Source of the DNA: Candidatus Micrarchaeota archaeon | Lineage (GTDB): Archaea; Micrarchaeota; Micrarchaeia; Micrarchaeales; CABMGC01 | Direction: 5' to 3' | NCBI GenBank assembly: GCA_021827925.1 | Contig: JAKATZ010000004.1 | Span: 13,956 to 77,955, forward strand | DNA length: 64,000 bases | Part shown: piece after piece, positions 39,057-49,181 of the stretch | Position numbering within the stretch: the stretch's first letter is position 1 | Layout of the letters: every line of letters begins with the position of its first letter | Notes under the pieces: generated by a model | What the model was told of the DNA's origin: nothing | The model's input: only the letters and a program-made list of their open reading frames with translations | Database searches by the model: none | Translations under genes and position numbers: made by a program

Positions 39057-39692
39057 TTACAATCTTATAGCGTATGTATTCCTATATATTCTTTTCCCCC
39101 CTCTCATACCGTAAAGGGTGTACGAGGCTTTAAAGCTTGCCCTTGCGAAGTTCAGGAAGGCGGCTGCAAGCTTCTTGTTGCTTATGTACACATCAAGGCC
39201 GTTGTCATTCTCCTCTACCTTCGATATGAAACCGTCATTGGCCTTAAGGTAGTTCTCAAGGGATTTTATCATCCTCCATCCCTTGGTCGTGCTGCCTCTG
39301 AGCTGGAAGATCGCTTCGTAGTACGATGCGGCCTTCTTGAAGCAAGTATCACATAGCACCTTCTTCCGTGAAAGAGGTATTCTCTTCTCCACCGAGACCC
39401 TCCCGTGTTCATCTTCCTCAGTAAATTCAACAAGCGCGTAGTCCTCGCCGAAATCTACCAGGCGCACCCCGTATCCTTTCACCGCACGCTCCACAACTTT
39501 CTGCACATTCCTGCCTTCCAGGCGCACAAAAGCCTTGCCCACTCTTAGAAGTCCGCATCTTTTGCATATGTCCAGCTCTGCTTTTGCGCTTATCTTGCCT
39601 GAGAGTTTGTCCTCTGTGCAGTATCTGCAAAACTCGCCATGGAAAGGCACATCCGCGCTTGATCTGTTGCATATCGGGCAGTGCTTGGCCAT
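39057..39692 (-). CDS. NMD3-family protein (short archaeal form)
   Basis: N-terminal Cys clusters CPICN...CRYC...CKRCG followed by an NMD3-like region. The ATG at 39692 lies 5 nt after the secD stop. Confidence 0.6.
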   Translation of the reverse strand: MAKHCPICNRSSADVPFHGEFCRYCTEDKLSGKISAKAELDICKRCGLLRVGKAFVRLEGRNVQKVVERAVKGYGVRLVDFGEDYALVEFTEEDEHGRVSVEKRIPLSRKKVLCDTCFKKAASYYEAIFQLRGSTTKGWRMIKSLENYLKANDGFISKVEENDNGLDVYISNKKLAAAFLNFARASFKASYTLYGMRGGKRIYRNTYAIRL

Positions 39693-39696
39693 GCCA

Positions 39697-41280
39697 TCAT
39701 CCTCTGAGATAGCGTCTGCCCACAATCGAGGCGTAGGCAGGACGGGTCAGCAACGCGCCGAGAAGGGCGCCGAGAACAGTCGAGAGCGCAAAGCCGATGA
39801 CCGTTATCAGCGAGGTCGAGAATATAAGAGGCACCATCGCTACGATGAGCAGTATTGCATCTGCCCAGACAACATAGAACGCATGGCTGAACTTAGATTT
39901 CATGTTGGATTCCCTCGATCCTGTGAGTATTTCGTCAGTTATTATGATCTGGGCGTCGACCCCCGTACCTACAACCGCTATCATTCCAGCGACAGCAGGC
40001 AGGTCTATGTATCCTACTAATCCTACGACCGATGCAATAATGAAAAGTTCGGCCATGGTTGTGAGTATTATCGGTCCTATAAGGAATATCTTCCTGTATC
40101 TCATGACTATCGTTATAGTTACGGCAATTATGGCCGCGAGAAGCGCCGCCGCGCTTACTACCTCGAAATGTTTACCAAGCGTCGGCGCAATCGTTGTCGG
40201 TGGGTTCACTATCACCTGCACGGGTAGCGCTCCACCGTTCAGCACGCTGGTTATGAGGCCGGTGGTGTTCTGCGCAGCGGCGTTCTCTTCCAGCAATGAA
40301 GGCCCCGGAGGGACACTGCCGCTTATGGCATAAGTCTCAGATACTCCCCCCGTTGTTATGCCAGGCTCGAGAACCGATGATGTCAGCAGTCCTATCGCGG
40401 GCCATTCAGTTACTCTTATGACCTGTGTGCCGTTGGCGATGGTTATCGGGGTAAAGCTGGGAGTCATGTTCGAGGCAGTCGCATATATCAAAGAGTAATT
40501 CATCGCAGTGAGGTTCTTGACAACGCCTTCGGGGGTACCGCGCTCAAGTATCACGCGGCTATACCTCTTCCTGCTGCCGTTGAAGAACGGGTATAACGCT
40601 TTCCAGTTGCTTGCATTCTGGTCGAGCATCTCGATCGGTATTGTCCTGTTTCCGAAAAGAAGCGCCTGGCTCATTGCTCCGAGTTCCTCCTGCCTGCTGA
40701 GCCCAGCTCCGCTTATTCTGGAATTGTTCATAAGCAGTATCGCGCCATCAGGTCTGTCAAGGAACATGTATAGCTGGCTGTAAGCCTGCCCGAAGACAAC
40801 GCTGGAAAACTTTTTCGCGGCTTCCGCGGTAACTATGAAGTTCACCTGCCACGTAACGTTGCTACCTGAAACGCCATACGTCGACTGCAGAGAATCCCCC
40901 AGTATGCCTGATCCGTTCAGCGCCTCCCTGCCATTAACCAGCCCTTCAAACACGCCCTGCTGCTCTATCAGATAGACAGTGCGGTCTATGCTGCTTTTTG
41001 AGAACGTCGGTATCTGTATCAGCACCTGCGAATTGCCCTCTCCCTGGACTATCGGCTGGCCGAGAGCGGACTGAGAGAGCCTATTCTCGAGAGTGCTTAT
41101 CAGCGAGCTCATGATCAGGGGATTGACTGGATGCGCCAGCGTCAGCGTTATCTGCGTTCCCCCAACAAACTCTATACCAAGGCCTATCCCGTGGGTCACG
41201 TCAGCTACGAAGAGCCCGGCCAGTATCACAAGCAGCGCAAGAACTCTGTAATCTTTAATGTAATCTATAAACGTCATCAT
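39697..41280 (-). CDS. secD: Protein-export membrane protein SecD
   Basis: One N-terminal TM, a large external domain and a C-terminal 5-TM bundle with VGTGVDAQIIITDE. Confidence 0.8.
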   Translation of the reverse strand: MMTFIDYIKDYRVLALLVILAGLFVADVTHGIGLGIEFVGGTQITLTLAHPVNPLIMSSLISTLENRLSQSALGQPIVQGEGNSQVLIQIPTFSKSSIDRTVYLIEQQGVFEGLVNGREALNGSGILGDSLQSTYGVSGSNVTWQVNFIVTAEAAKKFSSVVFGQAYSQLYMFLDRPDGAILLMNNSRISGAGLSRQEELGAMSQALLFGNRTIPIEMLDQNASNWKALYPFFNGSRKRYSRVILERGTPEGVVKNLTAMNYSLIYATASNMTPSFTPITIANGTQVIRVTEWPAIGLLTSSVLEPGITTGGVSETYAISGSVPPGPSLLEENAAAQNTTGLITSVLNGGALPVQVIVNPPTTIAPTLGKHFEVVSAAALLAAIIAVTITIVMRYRKIFLIGPIILTTMAELFIIASVVGLVGYIDLPAVAGMIAVVGTGVDAQIIITDEILTGSRESNMKSKFSHAFYVVWADAILLIVAMVPLIFSTSLITVIGFALSTVLGALLGALLTRPAYASIVGRRYLRG

Positions 41281-42428
41281 ATCCTCTCTTTACGCTTCTT
41301 GTACATGAGCACCAGTGGCGTGTTTCCAAGCCATGTTGTCAGAAGGTCTCCGACAAGCCCTATCAGCACAACTCCTGCTATCTCATAGTAAGTCGGAACG
41401 TATGTTAGCAAGGCCACAACGAAGAGCACTGCGAACGACACTATCGCAGTTGTTGTCATCGTCATTCCTGTTTTCATCGATGCGTAAGCCCTGTCTTCTG
41501 GGGTTCCCTCATGCCTCTTCAGGATCCTTATGGCCGAGAGAACGTCGGTGTCTATGGCGTAACCTATGAGCATCAGAAGCCCGCCTATGCTCACCACTCC
41601 AAGGGGTATGCCGAATATCGCCATTCCCCCGAGTGCTATCAGGATATCATTCGCTGCCCCAAACACTACCGTGAAGGCGGGAACCGGAGATCTGAATATG
41701 AAGAACACAACTATCGATATCAATATGAATGCGGTTATGATCACTCCCTCCAGTTCGCCAAGAAAGTACCTGCCGACTGTCGCCGAAACTGGGCTGTATG
41801 AGAATGTGCTAAAGGGTATTATCCCCTGCAGCGCCGATACTGTCCTGTTCTCATACACGTTGCTGGCTTGTTCGTACATTCCGGCCGCCATTGCGCTCAT
41901 GTTCGAGGCGCTGTTGGGATCGTAAGGCGGCGTGCCTATGAAAGCAGCAAGCGCGTTTCTCTCACCTTCTATCTGCGTTCTCATGCCTGCCATTGATCTG
42001 TTTACGGCATCTGAATAATTCGAAATTCTTGCTACAAGACTCTGATTAAGCTGATTTCCGGAAAGGGCTATCTCCGCTATGGTCTTGTTTGTAAGTGCCA
42101 CTTTGTATGCGGAATTGTTCTGGTCAAATCCTATCTGATAAATATTCGCTTCGGCAAGGCTCTGGTTGAATGCAAGCGTAATCTGCAATCCTCCCGCGCT
42201 TTTCTGTATGCTCGGGTCAGGTACGTGCAGTTTTGATGAAATTGCAGCCGCGAGCTGCTGCGAGCTCATGCTCGAGTTAGTCTGGAGTATTATGCTGACT
42301 CCCCCCCTGAGCGATGAATCCAGGGTCACGTGCCCTGCCAGGTATAGCGATAGCAGCATCAATGCTATCGGTATCACTGGGAAGTATCTGAGATGCTTGC
42401 TTTTGTAAATATTCGGTAAACTAACCAC
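41277..42428 (-). CDS. secF: Protein-export membrane protein SecF
   Basis: Topology is like SecD. The C-terminal bundle carries IGYAIDTDVLSAIRILK. There is a 4-nt overlap with secD. Confidence 0.8.
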   Translation of the reverse strand: MVSLPNIYKSKHLRYFPVIPIALMLLSLYLAGHVTLDSSLRGGVSIILQTNSSMSSQQLAAAISSKLHVPDPSIQKSAGGLQITLAFNQSLAEANIYQIGFDQNNSAYKVALTNKTIAEIALSGNQLNQSLVARISNYSDAVNRSMAGMRTQIEGERNALAAFIGTPPYDPNSASNMSAMAAGMYEQASNVYENRTVSALQGIIPFSTFSYSPVSATVGRYFLGELEGVIITAFILISIVVFFIFRSPVPAFTVVFGAANDILIALGGMAIFGIPLGVVSIGGLLMLIGYAIDTDVLSAIRILKRHEGTPEDRAYASMKTGMTMTTTAIVSFAVLFVVALLTYVPTYYEIAGVVLIGLVGDLLTTWLGNTPLVLMYKKRKERI

Positions 42429-42541
42429 TAAGACCAGCCTATAGGAGCTAAGAGAACCCGCGGCAAGAACCGCGGGGCATAGAACAGATTAATAAATAGA
42501 ATAAAGAATAAAAGACTAAAAGCTTAACCTACACCGCCAGC

Positions 42542-42820
42542 TCAGCCGTATCTTACCATGAGCTTGTTGTGCAGAGAAACTACGAAGCCGTACACCACTA
42601 CCATCAAGGCCAAGACGACCAATGATATGCCTGCCAACACATCGTATCCGTAGTGCAGCGTTGTCTGCGATATGAGCAGCGCGCCGACTATGAACAGGTA
42701 TATCGCGACGTATATCGACCTGAATATGTACCATACGCTGTGCCTTTCGTTGTAGTGAAGCATCCTCTTCATGTAAAGGTCCGGGTCTACTAGAACCACG
42801 GTCTTTCTTTCAGCCATCAT
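42542..42820 (-). CDS. Small membrane protein (two TM helices)
   Basis: 92-aa ORF with two clear hydrophobic helices. Confidence 0.4.
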   Translation of the reverse strand: MMAERKTVVLVDPDLYMKRMLHYNERHSVWYIFRSIYVAIYLFIVGALLISQTTLHYGYDVLAGISLVVLALMVVVYGFVVSLHNKLMVRYG

Positions 42821-42904
42821 TTCACCTAGCCATATATAGAATAGAAACGCTTAAAAAGATATGCAGCCACGAGAACCGCAATGCACTCGTAAAGGCGGGC
42901 GCCC

Positions 42905-43663
42905 TCAGGGTTGCATCCTGCTCCTTATTATCCTGTCAAGCTTGCTTCCGAAACGTTCCCTTCTCGAGAATCTTACCACCCTCAGTTCCCTCCTCGACAG
43001 GCTTACCCTGAACCTGGCTCCTGGGCCTAGCACCCCTATCTCCTTTCCGTCGTACTTCAGCCTGCCCTTGTACTTTATGATCTCTATCTCAAGCCTTTTC
43101 CTTGCGTCAACCACTATCGGATTCTTGTAGGGCCCGTCAACGTTCAGAAATGTCATGCAGAATACATCGGGGCTGAGTATTATCGGCCCTCCCGCAGACT
43201 TGTTGTAAGCTGTGGATCCGACAAGCCCCGTTACGAGCATGCCGTCGCCGCTCATCACGTACGGGTAAATTTCGTATCTCCTCCCTCCTTCAAGCTCGTA
43301 TATCCTGAAGCTTACCTCCTCGAGGAGATTGTTCAGTACTATCTCGTTGATGGCAAGGTATCTCCTGCCTCTGTATTCCACTTCCATCTTGTTCGAAAGT
43401 TTTTCGAGAGTGTATTTTCCTCGCTTCAGATTATCGATAACGTATCCGATCTCGCCTATGCTCAGGTCTGAATAGTATCCTATACTTCCGCTCTCGTCTG
43501 TGCGTATAGGCAAGATAGGACCTTCGAACTCCGCCGCCGCTTTGATGAACGTACCATCGCCACCGACAGCAACGCAGATATCCCCATTCTTTACAACATC
43601 AAATTCTTCGTAAAGCGGTGCTAGTTCAGGATACTCCCTCTTCTTTATTATTGATATCCTCAT
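42905..43663 (-). CDS. nadK: NAD kinase
   Basis: GGDGT motif (VAVGGDGTFIKAA) and the C-terminal NADK beta-sandwich pattern. The ATG overlaps the lpd stop (ATGA). Confidence 0.85.
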   Translation of the reverse strand: MRISIIKKREYPELAPLYEEFDVVKNGDICVAVGGDGTFIKAAAEFEGPILPIRTDESGSIGYYSDLSIGEIGYVIDNLKRGKYTLEKLSNKMEVEYRGRRYLAINEIVLNNLLEEVSFRIYELEGGRRYEIYPYVMSGDGMLVTGLVGSTAYNKSAGGPIILSPDVFCMTFLNVDGPYKNPIVVDARKRLEIEIIKYKGRLKYDGKEIGVLGPGARFRVSLSRRELRVVRFSRRERFGSKLDRIIRSRMQP

Positions 43664-45033
43664 TGCCCTCCAGTCCTCCTGCCATAGAAGAAGTGCATCG
43701 GCCTGCCGAGAGCCGCTTCCGCGGCCTCCTGCAGCACTTCGCTGAATGTAGGGTGCGGGTGTATGGTGTCTGCTATGTCTTCAAGTGTGGCTCCCATCTC
43801 TATGGCAAGCGCAGCCTCGCCTATCATTGCGTTTGCATCCTCGGATACTATCTCTATGCCTCTGACCTGCTTTCCTGAATCGTACGCTATCTTCGCGAAG
43901 CCAGCCGCCTTTCCAAGCGCAACCGCCCTCCCTATTGCGCTTAGCGGAAACTTAGTTACTGTTATGCCCTCGCCTTCCATCCTTCCTGCTATTGCAATCT
44001 CCGGATCGGAAAATATAACTGCCGGTATTACTACATTGTCGAATCCTGAGTTCTTTCCTGCGGCTACCTCCCCGGCTATTACTCCCTGCCGCATCGCTTT
44101 ATGTGCGAGCATAGGCTCCCCTGCAACATCACCTATCGCCAGTATGTTTCCGTCGCTTGTTCTCAGTGAACTGTCCACCTTTATGAATCCCTTCTGGTCA
44201 AGCTGCACTCCTGTGTTTTCAAGGCCTAGTCCTTTGGTGTAGGGTCTCAGTCCGGTTGCAACCACGATGACCTCCGAGTCTATCCGTGTTCCATCACTCA
44301 GCGTCATTCCCCCGCTATGCCTTTCAGATGGAGTCAACCCCGCGTATATTTTCACTCCAAGCTCCCCCAGCCTATTATTGACGAGCGCCGCGGCATCCGG
44401 GTCGAAATGAGAGAGCATTCCCGACCTCGCCACAACACTCACTTCCGATCCCAGTTTCGCGTAAAGAGTCGCAGTTTCAGCTGATACATACCCTGCACCT
44501 ATTATTGTGATCGATTTGGGTATCTTCTGCAGCAGCAGTGCGCCCTTGTAGTCAAGGATTCCATCTCCAAATTCGAAGCCTTTCAGTTCAACAGGTTCAG
44601 AGCCTGTCGCTATTATCGCTTTCTTGAATTCGATGTTCGTGCCGTCAGTGAGCTGCAGCTCGCTCGATGATAAGAATGTTCCCTGTGCCTTTGCGATCTC
44701 GACTCCGTTCGATTTGCAGAGGAATTCTACTCCCTCTTCAAGCTTCTTCGAGACTGAAACCCTCCAGTCGTACATCTTCTTCGCATCCAGGGCTGCGCTT
44801 GCCGTTATCCCGAACCTCTCGGCATGCTGCATGTCATAAAAGAGATCGGCAATGTGTATCAGCGTTTTAGAAGGTATGCACGCATAGTTCAGGCAATGCC
44901 CTCCCATCTTCTCCTTCTCGACTATTGTTACGCTCATGCCAAGCTGAGAGGCCCTTATGGCGGCAAGGTAACCTCCGACACCTCCTCCTACAACAACGAG
45001 ATCCGTCTCCTCAGGAAGTGAACCCATTACCAT
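43660..45033 (-). CDS. lpd: Dihydrolipoyl dehydrogenase (E3)
   Basis: FAD motif GGGVGGY, redox disulfide CLNYACIPSK, C-terminal HPHPTFSE. Confidence 0.9.
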   Translation of the reverse strand: MVMGSLPEETDLVVVGGGVGGYLAAIRASQLGMSVTIVEKEKMGGHCLNYACIPSKTLIHIADLFYDMQHAERFGITASAALDAKKMYDWRVSVSKKLEEGVEFLCKSNGVEIAKAQGTFLSSSELQLTDGTNIEFKKAIIATGSEPVELKGFEFGDGILDYKGALLLQKIPKSITIIGAGYVSAETATLYAKLGSEVSVVARSGMLSHFDPDAAALVNNRLGELGVKIYAGLTPSERHSGGMTLSDGTRIDSEVIVVATGLRPYTKGLGLENTGVQLDQKGFIKVDSSLRTSDGNILAIGDVAGEPMLAHKAMRQGVIAGEVAAGKNSGFDNVVIPAVIFSDPEIAIAGRMEGEGITVTKFPLSAIGRAVALGKAAGFAKIAYDSGKQVRGIEIVSEDANAMIGEAALAIEMGATLEDIADTIHPHPTFSEVLQEAAEAALGRPMHFFYGRRTGGQ

Positions 45034-45118
45034 GCCAAGACGACACTCCCTTGGATCCTTAACAATAAATAGTTATCGCCCGTGCCGTCTACCCGCATCC
45101 GTTCTTTTGCATCGTCTC

Positions 45119-45768
45119 CTAACGTCCAAGCTCTCTCAAAACGTCAGAAGCTATCCATCCAGAACTTCCCGAATCCATGTCTTTTATCTCTTCGGCTGTC
45201 CTTATCGCTATAATCCTCAATCTGCTGTTGCGCTTCCCTATCTGTCTGAGAGCCCAGCTGACTCCTTTCCTGACGAAGTTTCTCCCGTCCGTTGCACCCA
45301 TCTTTATGAACGGGAGAAAAGCAGTGAACTCTGAATCATCGGCCATCTTGTCATGCACCGCAAGGGAAGCCATTATCGAGTATCCGGCTCTCTTTACGAA
45401 CTCCCTTCTATCCCCGCTCCACCCATTGCTTTTGGATAAGCATATCTCGTCTTGTCAAAAAGGGAGCCGCAGCACTGGTCGCAAAGGTCCCACGAATCAA
45501 ACCCGGCAGCCCAGTGCTCCATCTGAGCTTCGGTCACCCTCGCCGGCTCATCGATCATACACGCAAGAATCCTTGCTTCGTGGATCCCCGATCTCCAAAG
45601 CCCTGCTGCAAGCGTATGGTCCTTACCTGCCTTTTTTGCTATCTGCCTTATTTCCGGAATCGACACGCCAAGCATGCGCTTCCCTTTTATGCCGAACCTC
45701 CCCATTCCAGAGAGAACCTTCCCGTCGGCCCTTCGCCTCAACTCGGCAAGGGCCTCTCCACTGTTCAT
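45119..45768 (-). pseudogene. AlkD-like DNA alkylation repair protein, frameshifted
   Basis: ORFs 45394..45804 and 45119..45373 lie in different frames and together span a full AlkD-type HEAT-like protein. The second frame read upstream gives ..GWSGDRREFVKRAGYSIMASLAVHDK. A 1-nt change lies near the G run at about 45418..45426. The ATG at 45768 abuts the E2 stop. Confidence 0.75.
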
Positions 45769-45769
45769 G

Positions 45770-47014
45770 CTATCCCAGCATCTCCAGGAATTCAGGATCC
45801 TCAAGATAGCTTATTATGGCATTTCCAAGGTGGACAGCCTCTGCACCGTCAACAACCCTGTGATCGAAAACTATTGAGAACGGTAGAACCTTGCCAACCC
45901 TTATTTCACCTCCTGAAACGATTGCTTCATCACGTATGCGGTGCACGCCAAGTATGCCTACCTCGGGGTAGTTGATCATCGGCACAGAAAAATATCCACC
46001 GCCCAGGCTGCCGATGTTGGTTATAGTAAATGTGGAGTCGCGCATTTCCTCAATAGATATAGTCATATCCTTCAATTTAGCGGAAAGGGCGCTTATATCC
46101 CTCGCTATCTCTGCTATACTCTTCTTGTCTGCGCTTTTTACCACAATGACCTTGAGTCCATCAGGTGCCTCAGCCGCCAAGCCTATGTTATAATATTTTT
46201 TAAGCACTACCTCCTGCCTCTCCTTGTCATAGCTTGAATTGAAACGCGGATTATCCCGGAGCGCTGCCACAGTTGCTTTTATTATGAACGGCATGAAAGT
46301 GAGTTTCACTCCCAGCTTCTCCATCTTCGGCTTCTCCTTAGAAACTATCTCGAAGAGATGCGTAGCGTCGAGCTTATCCATGTGCGCAGCGCGTGGTATT
46401 GTCCAGGAAAGCTCCATGTTCTTTGCTATAGCCTTCCTTGTCTGGGACATTGGCACACGCTCGGTAAGATCTTGCGAAGCGCGTTTCGGAACAGGGGAAA
46501 AAGCAGCGGCTTCTTTGCCCGTAGGTGCTGCCTTTGTCCCTGCTTGTCTGAGATCTGCTTCGATGATTCTTCCGTTAGGCCCCGTGCCTGCGACTGTTGA
46601 AATATCTATATTCAATTCTCTTGCAAGCTTTCTCACAGCAGGTGTGGCGAGTATCTCTTTCTCATCTACGTCTGTAATCGGATGCTGTTTCGGCGCAGCG
46701 ACAGCCGCAACGGGCTGCACAACCTCTTCAACGGGGGCCTTCCCAGTGGCGGCAGATCTTCCTTCCAGCTCTTCAGCGGTACCTACATACGCCAGCGTAT
46801 CCCCTACTCTGACTGTGCTACCCTCTTTTGCAACAACCTTCACCATGCCCGATATAGGCGATGGTACGTTAACGACTGCCTTGTCAGTTTCTATCTGGGC
46901 AAGGGACTGGTCCTCCTTGACGCTGTCTCCGTTTCTGACCAGCCACTTCTGGAGATGCCCTTCGGTTATTCCCTCCCCGATATCAACAAACTTTATCTCT
47001 TTCATCGGCATCAC
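45770..47014 (-). CDS. Dihydrolipoamide acyltransferase (E2) of a 2-oxoacid dehydrogenase complex
   Basis: Lipoyl domain ETDKAVVNVPSP, a peripheral subunit-binding domain, and the catalytic motif FDHRVVDGAEA. Confidence 0.9.
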   Translation of the reverse strand: MMPMKEIKFVDIGEGITEGHLQKWLVRNGDSVKEDQSLAQIETDKAVVNVPSPISGMVKVVAKEGSTVRVGDTLAYVGTAEELEGRSAATGKAPVEEVVQPVAAVAAPKQHPITDVDEKEILATPAVRKLARELNIDISTVAGTGPNGRIIEADLRQAGTKAAPTGKEAAAFSPVPKRASQDLTERVPMSQTRKAIAKNMELSWTIPRAAHMDKLDATHLFEIVSKEKPKMEKLGVKLTFMPFIIKATVAALRDNPRFNSSYDKERQEVVLKKYYNIGLAAEAPDGLKVIVVKSADKKSIAEIARDISALSAKLKDMTISIEEMRDSTFTITNIGSLGGGYFSVPMINYPEVGILGVHRIRDEAIVSGGEIRVGKVLPFSIVFDHRVVDGAEAVHLGNAIISYLEDPEFLEMLG

Positions 47015-47979
47015 AAGCTCAGGAGTCTGCTCACAGCGTCGGATATCTTTTTCTCGTTAGGCACGTAATATTTCTCGTATCCCGGGAACGGATAAGGCAT
47101 GCTCGGCGCCCCAACCCTTATTACCGGGGCCTGCAGCTCGAACATGGCTTCCTCGGCTATTACGGCAGCAACCTCGGCGCCAACACCGAAACTTCTTGGC
47201 GCTTCGTGCACAACAAGAACTCTTCCCGTCTTTTTAGCGCTCTCCACTATGGTCTCATTGTCAAGCGGATTTATAGTTCTGAGGTCGACAACCTCTGCGC
47301 TGAGCTTCCTCTTCTCCACAACGTCCTTCACCACAGGGATCATTGTGCCATAAGTTATTATTGTAAGGTCCTCCCCTTCGCTAAGTATGTTGGCCTTTCC
47401 TATTGGCACCTCATAAGCCTCCTCCGGGATTTCCTGTTTGAACAACCTGTACAGCCGCGTGGGCTCCAGGAATAGCACAGGATCACCGCCTCTGCCTGCC
47501 TTTATCAAAAGGCCCTTGGCATCATATGGATTAGACGGCTCTAAGACTACAAGTCCGCCAGCGTGGGAATAAAGCGCTTCGGGGCTCTCCGAGTGGTGTT
47601 CCAGCGATCTGACTCCTCCGCTCACAGGAGTGCGTACCACCATTGGCACCGTTCTAGTAGCCCTTGTCCTTGATCTGTACCTTGCAGCATGGTTTACCAG
47701 CTGACTGAAACCAAGGTACATGAACCCTGCAAACTGTATCTCTGGTATGGGCCTAAGACCGGAGAGAGCCATGCCTATGGCCGTCCCTATTATCCCCGAT
47801 TCGGCAAGCGGCGTATCGATAACTCTACGCTCGCCGAACTTATCAAAAAGGCCTTCAGTAACCCTGAACACACCGCCATCCTTCCCTATGTCCTCTCCAA
47901 GTAGCACTACTTCCTCGTTCTCACGCAAGAGCAGCTCAAGAGCATTGTTTATCGCAGTGACCATATTCGCAAGCATCAT
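47011..47979 (-). CDS. 2-oxoacid dehydrogenase E1 component beta subunit
   Basis: Transketolase-like pyrimidine-binding and C-terminal domains. 4-nt overlaps with both neighbours. Confidence 0.9.
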   Translation of the reverse strand: MMLANMVTAINNALELLLRENEEVVLLGEDIGKDGGVFRVTEGLFDKFGERRVIDTPLAESGIIGTAIGMALSGLRPIPEIQFAGFMYLGFSQLVNHAARYRSRTRATRTVPMVVRTPVSGGVRSLEHHSESPEALYSHAGGLVVLEPSNPYDAKGLLIKAGRGGDPVLFLEPTRLYRLFKQEIPEEAYEVPIGKANILSEGEDLTIITYGTMIPVVKDVVEKRKLSAEVVDLRTINPLDNETIVESAKKTGRVLVVHEAPRSFGVGAEVAAVIAEEAMFELQAPVIRVGAPSMPYPFPGYEKYYVPNEKKISDAVSRLLSL

Positions 47980-49082
47980 ATCTCCCCCTGCCAGAAATAC
48001 GAGGCTTCGGCCTCGTTCATCTCCTTCTTCAGCGTTTCCGAAACACTTCCATACACGTGCTCAAATATGTTTTTTGGATCAGGCTTGAAAGCCTCTGCTT
48101 TCTCCACCATATCGTCAACGGTTTTGGCCTGCTCTTCAACCAGCGCCTTCTCCTTCGTATCGTCCCAGGCTCCCCTCTTGGAAAGGTACGCTTTGATCCT
48201 AAGTATGGGATCCTTGCCCTTCCACTCCTCGACCTCAGAATCCGATCTGTATTTTGTCGGATCGTCAGATGTCGTGTGCATTCCAATCCTGTAGGTCACG
48301 CACTCGATGAGCGTGGGTCCCTTCTTCGAATTCTCTATCGCATCCCTGACGGCACTGTAAACTGCTACGACATCATTGCCATCAACCTGCACAGCATTGA
48401 TTCCGGCGGCAATCGCCTTCTGCGCCAGAGTCCTTGCCGCTGACTGCTTGCTCCTGGGCACCGAGATCGCCCATTGATTATTCTGTATTATCGCCACAAG
48501 AGGTGCCTTCCATACTCCTGCAAAATTCAGCGCTTCGTAGAAGTCTCCCTCTGACGTACCTCCGTCTCCCACGTATGACACAACGGCAACATCCCTGCTT
48601 TTGTACATCTGCGCGAAAGCAATGCCTGCCGAGTGCGGCATCTGCGTCGAAACCGGCACGGCCATCGGGAAGCCGTTCACCTCCTTTGGTATAATATTCC
48701 CTTCTTCATAGCCCATCCAATAGAGCAGAAGCACTTCCATGGGCAGCCCGCGTACAAGGTAGACTCCTCCCTGCCGAAAAGCCGGCACGAATATATCCTC
48801 CTTCCTCATTGCCATTGCGCTGCCTATCTGCACAGCCTCTTCTCCAAGTCCAGGTGCGTATGTGGCTGTTCTGCCCTGCCTCTGCAGGCTCAATATTTTT
48901 GTGTCTATCGCTCTGGCGAGCATCATTGCCTTATACATCTCTATTACTTTTGGATCTGCGAGATCTCTAGGGAAGAGCGAATCATCAGCGTTTCCAGACT
49001 CGTCTATTATCTGCAGGTACTTGATCTCTCCCTTATATGCGCTTCCAAGCACTCCAACACCCAGCAGCAAATCCGATTGCAC
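47976..49082 (-). CDS. 2-oxoacid dehydrogenase E1 component alpha subunit
   Basis: ThDP-binding motif GDGGTSEGDFYEALNFA...NNQWAIS. Confidence 0.9.
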   Translation of the reverse strand: MQSDLLLGVGVLGSAYKGEIKYLQIIDESGNADDSLFPRDLADPKVIEMYKAMMLARAIDTKILSLQRQGRTATYAPGLGEEAVQIGSAMAMRKEDIFVPAFRQGGVYLVRGLPMEVLLLYWMGYEEGNIIPKEVNGFPMAVPVSTQMPHSAGIAFAQMYKSRDVAVVSYVGDGGTSEGDFYEALNFAGVWKAPLVAIIQNNQWAISVPRSKQSAARTLAQKAIAAGINAVQVDGNDVVAVYSAVRDAIENSKKGPTLIECVTYRIGMHTTSDDPTKYRSDSEVEEWKGKDPILRIKAYLSKRGAWDDTKEKALVEEQAKTVDDMVEKAEAFKPDPKNIFEHVYGSVSETLKKEMNEAEASYFWQGEI

Positions 49083-49181
49083 TTTTTAAATATCTTCTGC
49101 GCGGCTGCGTGTAAGTCCATACAAAACCCCCTCTCAGTTTCCGCACAAAAAGCTAATAGCCAAAAGACTGCATATTGTTCC

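Noticed and set aside
42443-42480. Perfect 7-bp-arm hairpin CCCGCGG-CAAGAA-CCGCGGG between the small membrane gene and secF, considered as a terminator.
   Set aside because: No T-tract follows it on the transcribed strand, and archaeal termination does not require hairpins. The support is too weak to annotate as a terminator.
45177-45809. 210-aa plus-strand ORF across the alkD-like region.
   Set aside because: The minus strand encodes clearly recognisable AlkD-family sequence in two frames. The plus-strand product is Ser/Pro/Leu/Arg-rich and has no motifs.
46239-47060. 273-aa ORF antisense to the E2 acyltransferase gene.
   Set aside because: It sits opposite a motif-verified CDS, has a Ser/Ala/Thr-rich shadow-frame composition and shows no recognisable motifs.
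48633-49181. First 183 codons of the 457-aa plus-strand track ORF.
   Set aside because: This part is antisense to the E1 alpha gene with its ThDP motif. Only the portion after the in-frame ATG at 49182, which lies outside E1 alpha, is kept as a candidate CDS.
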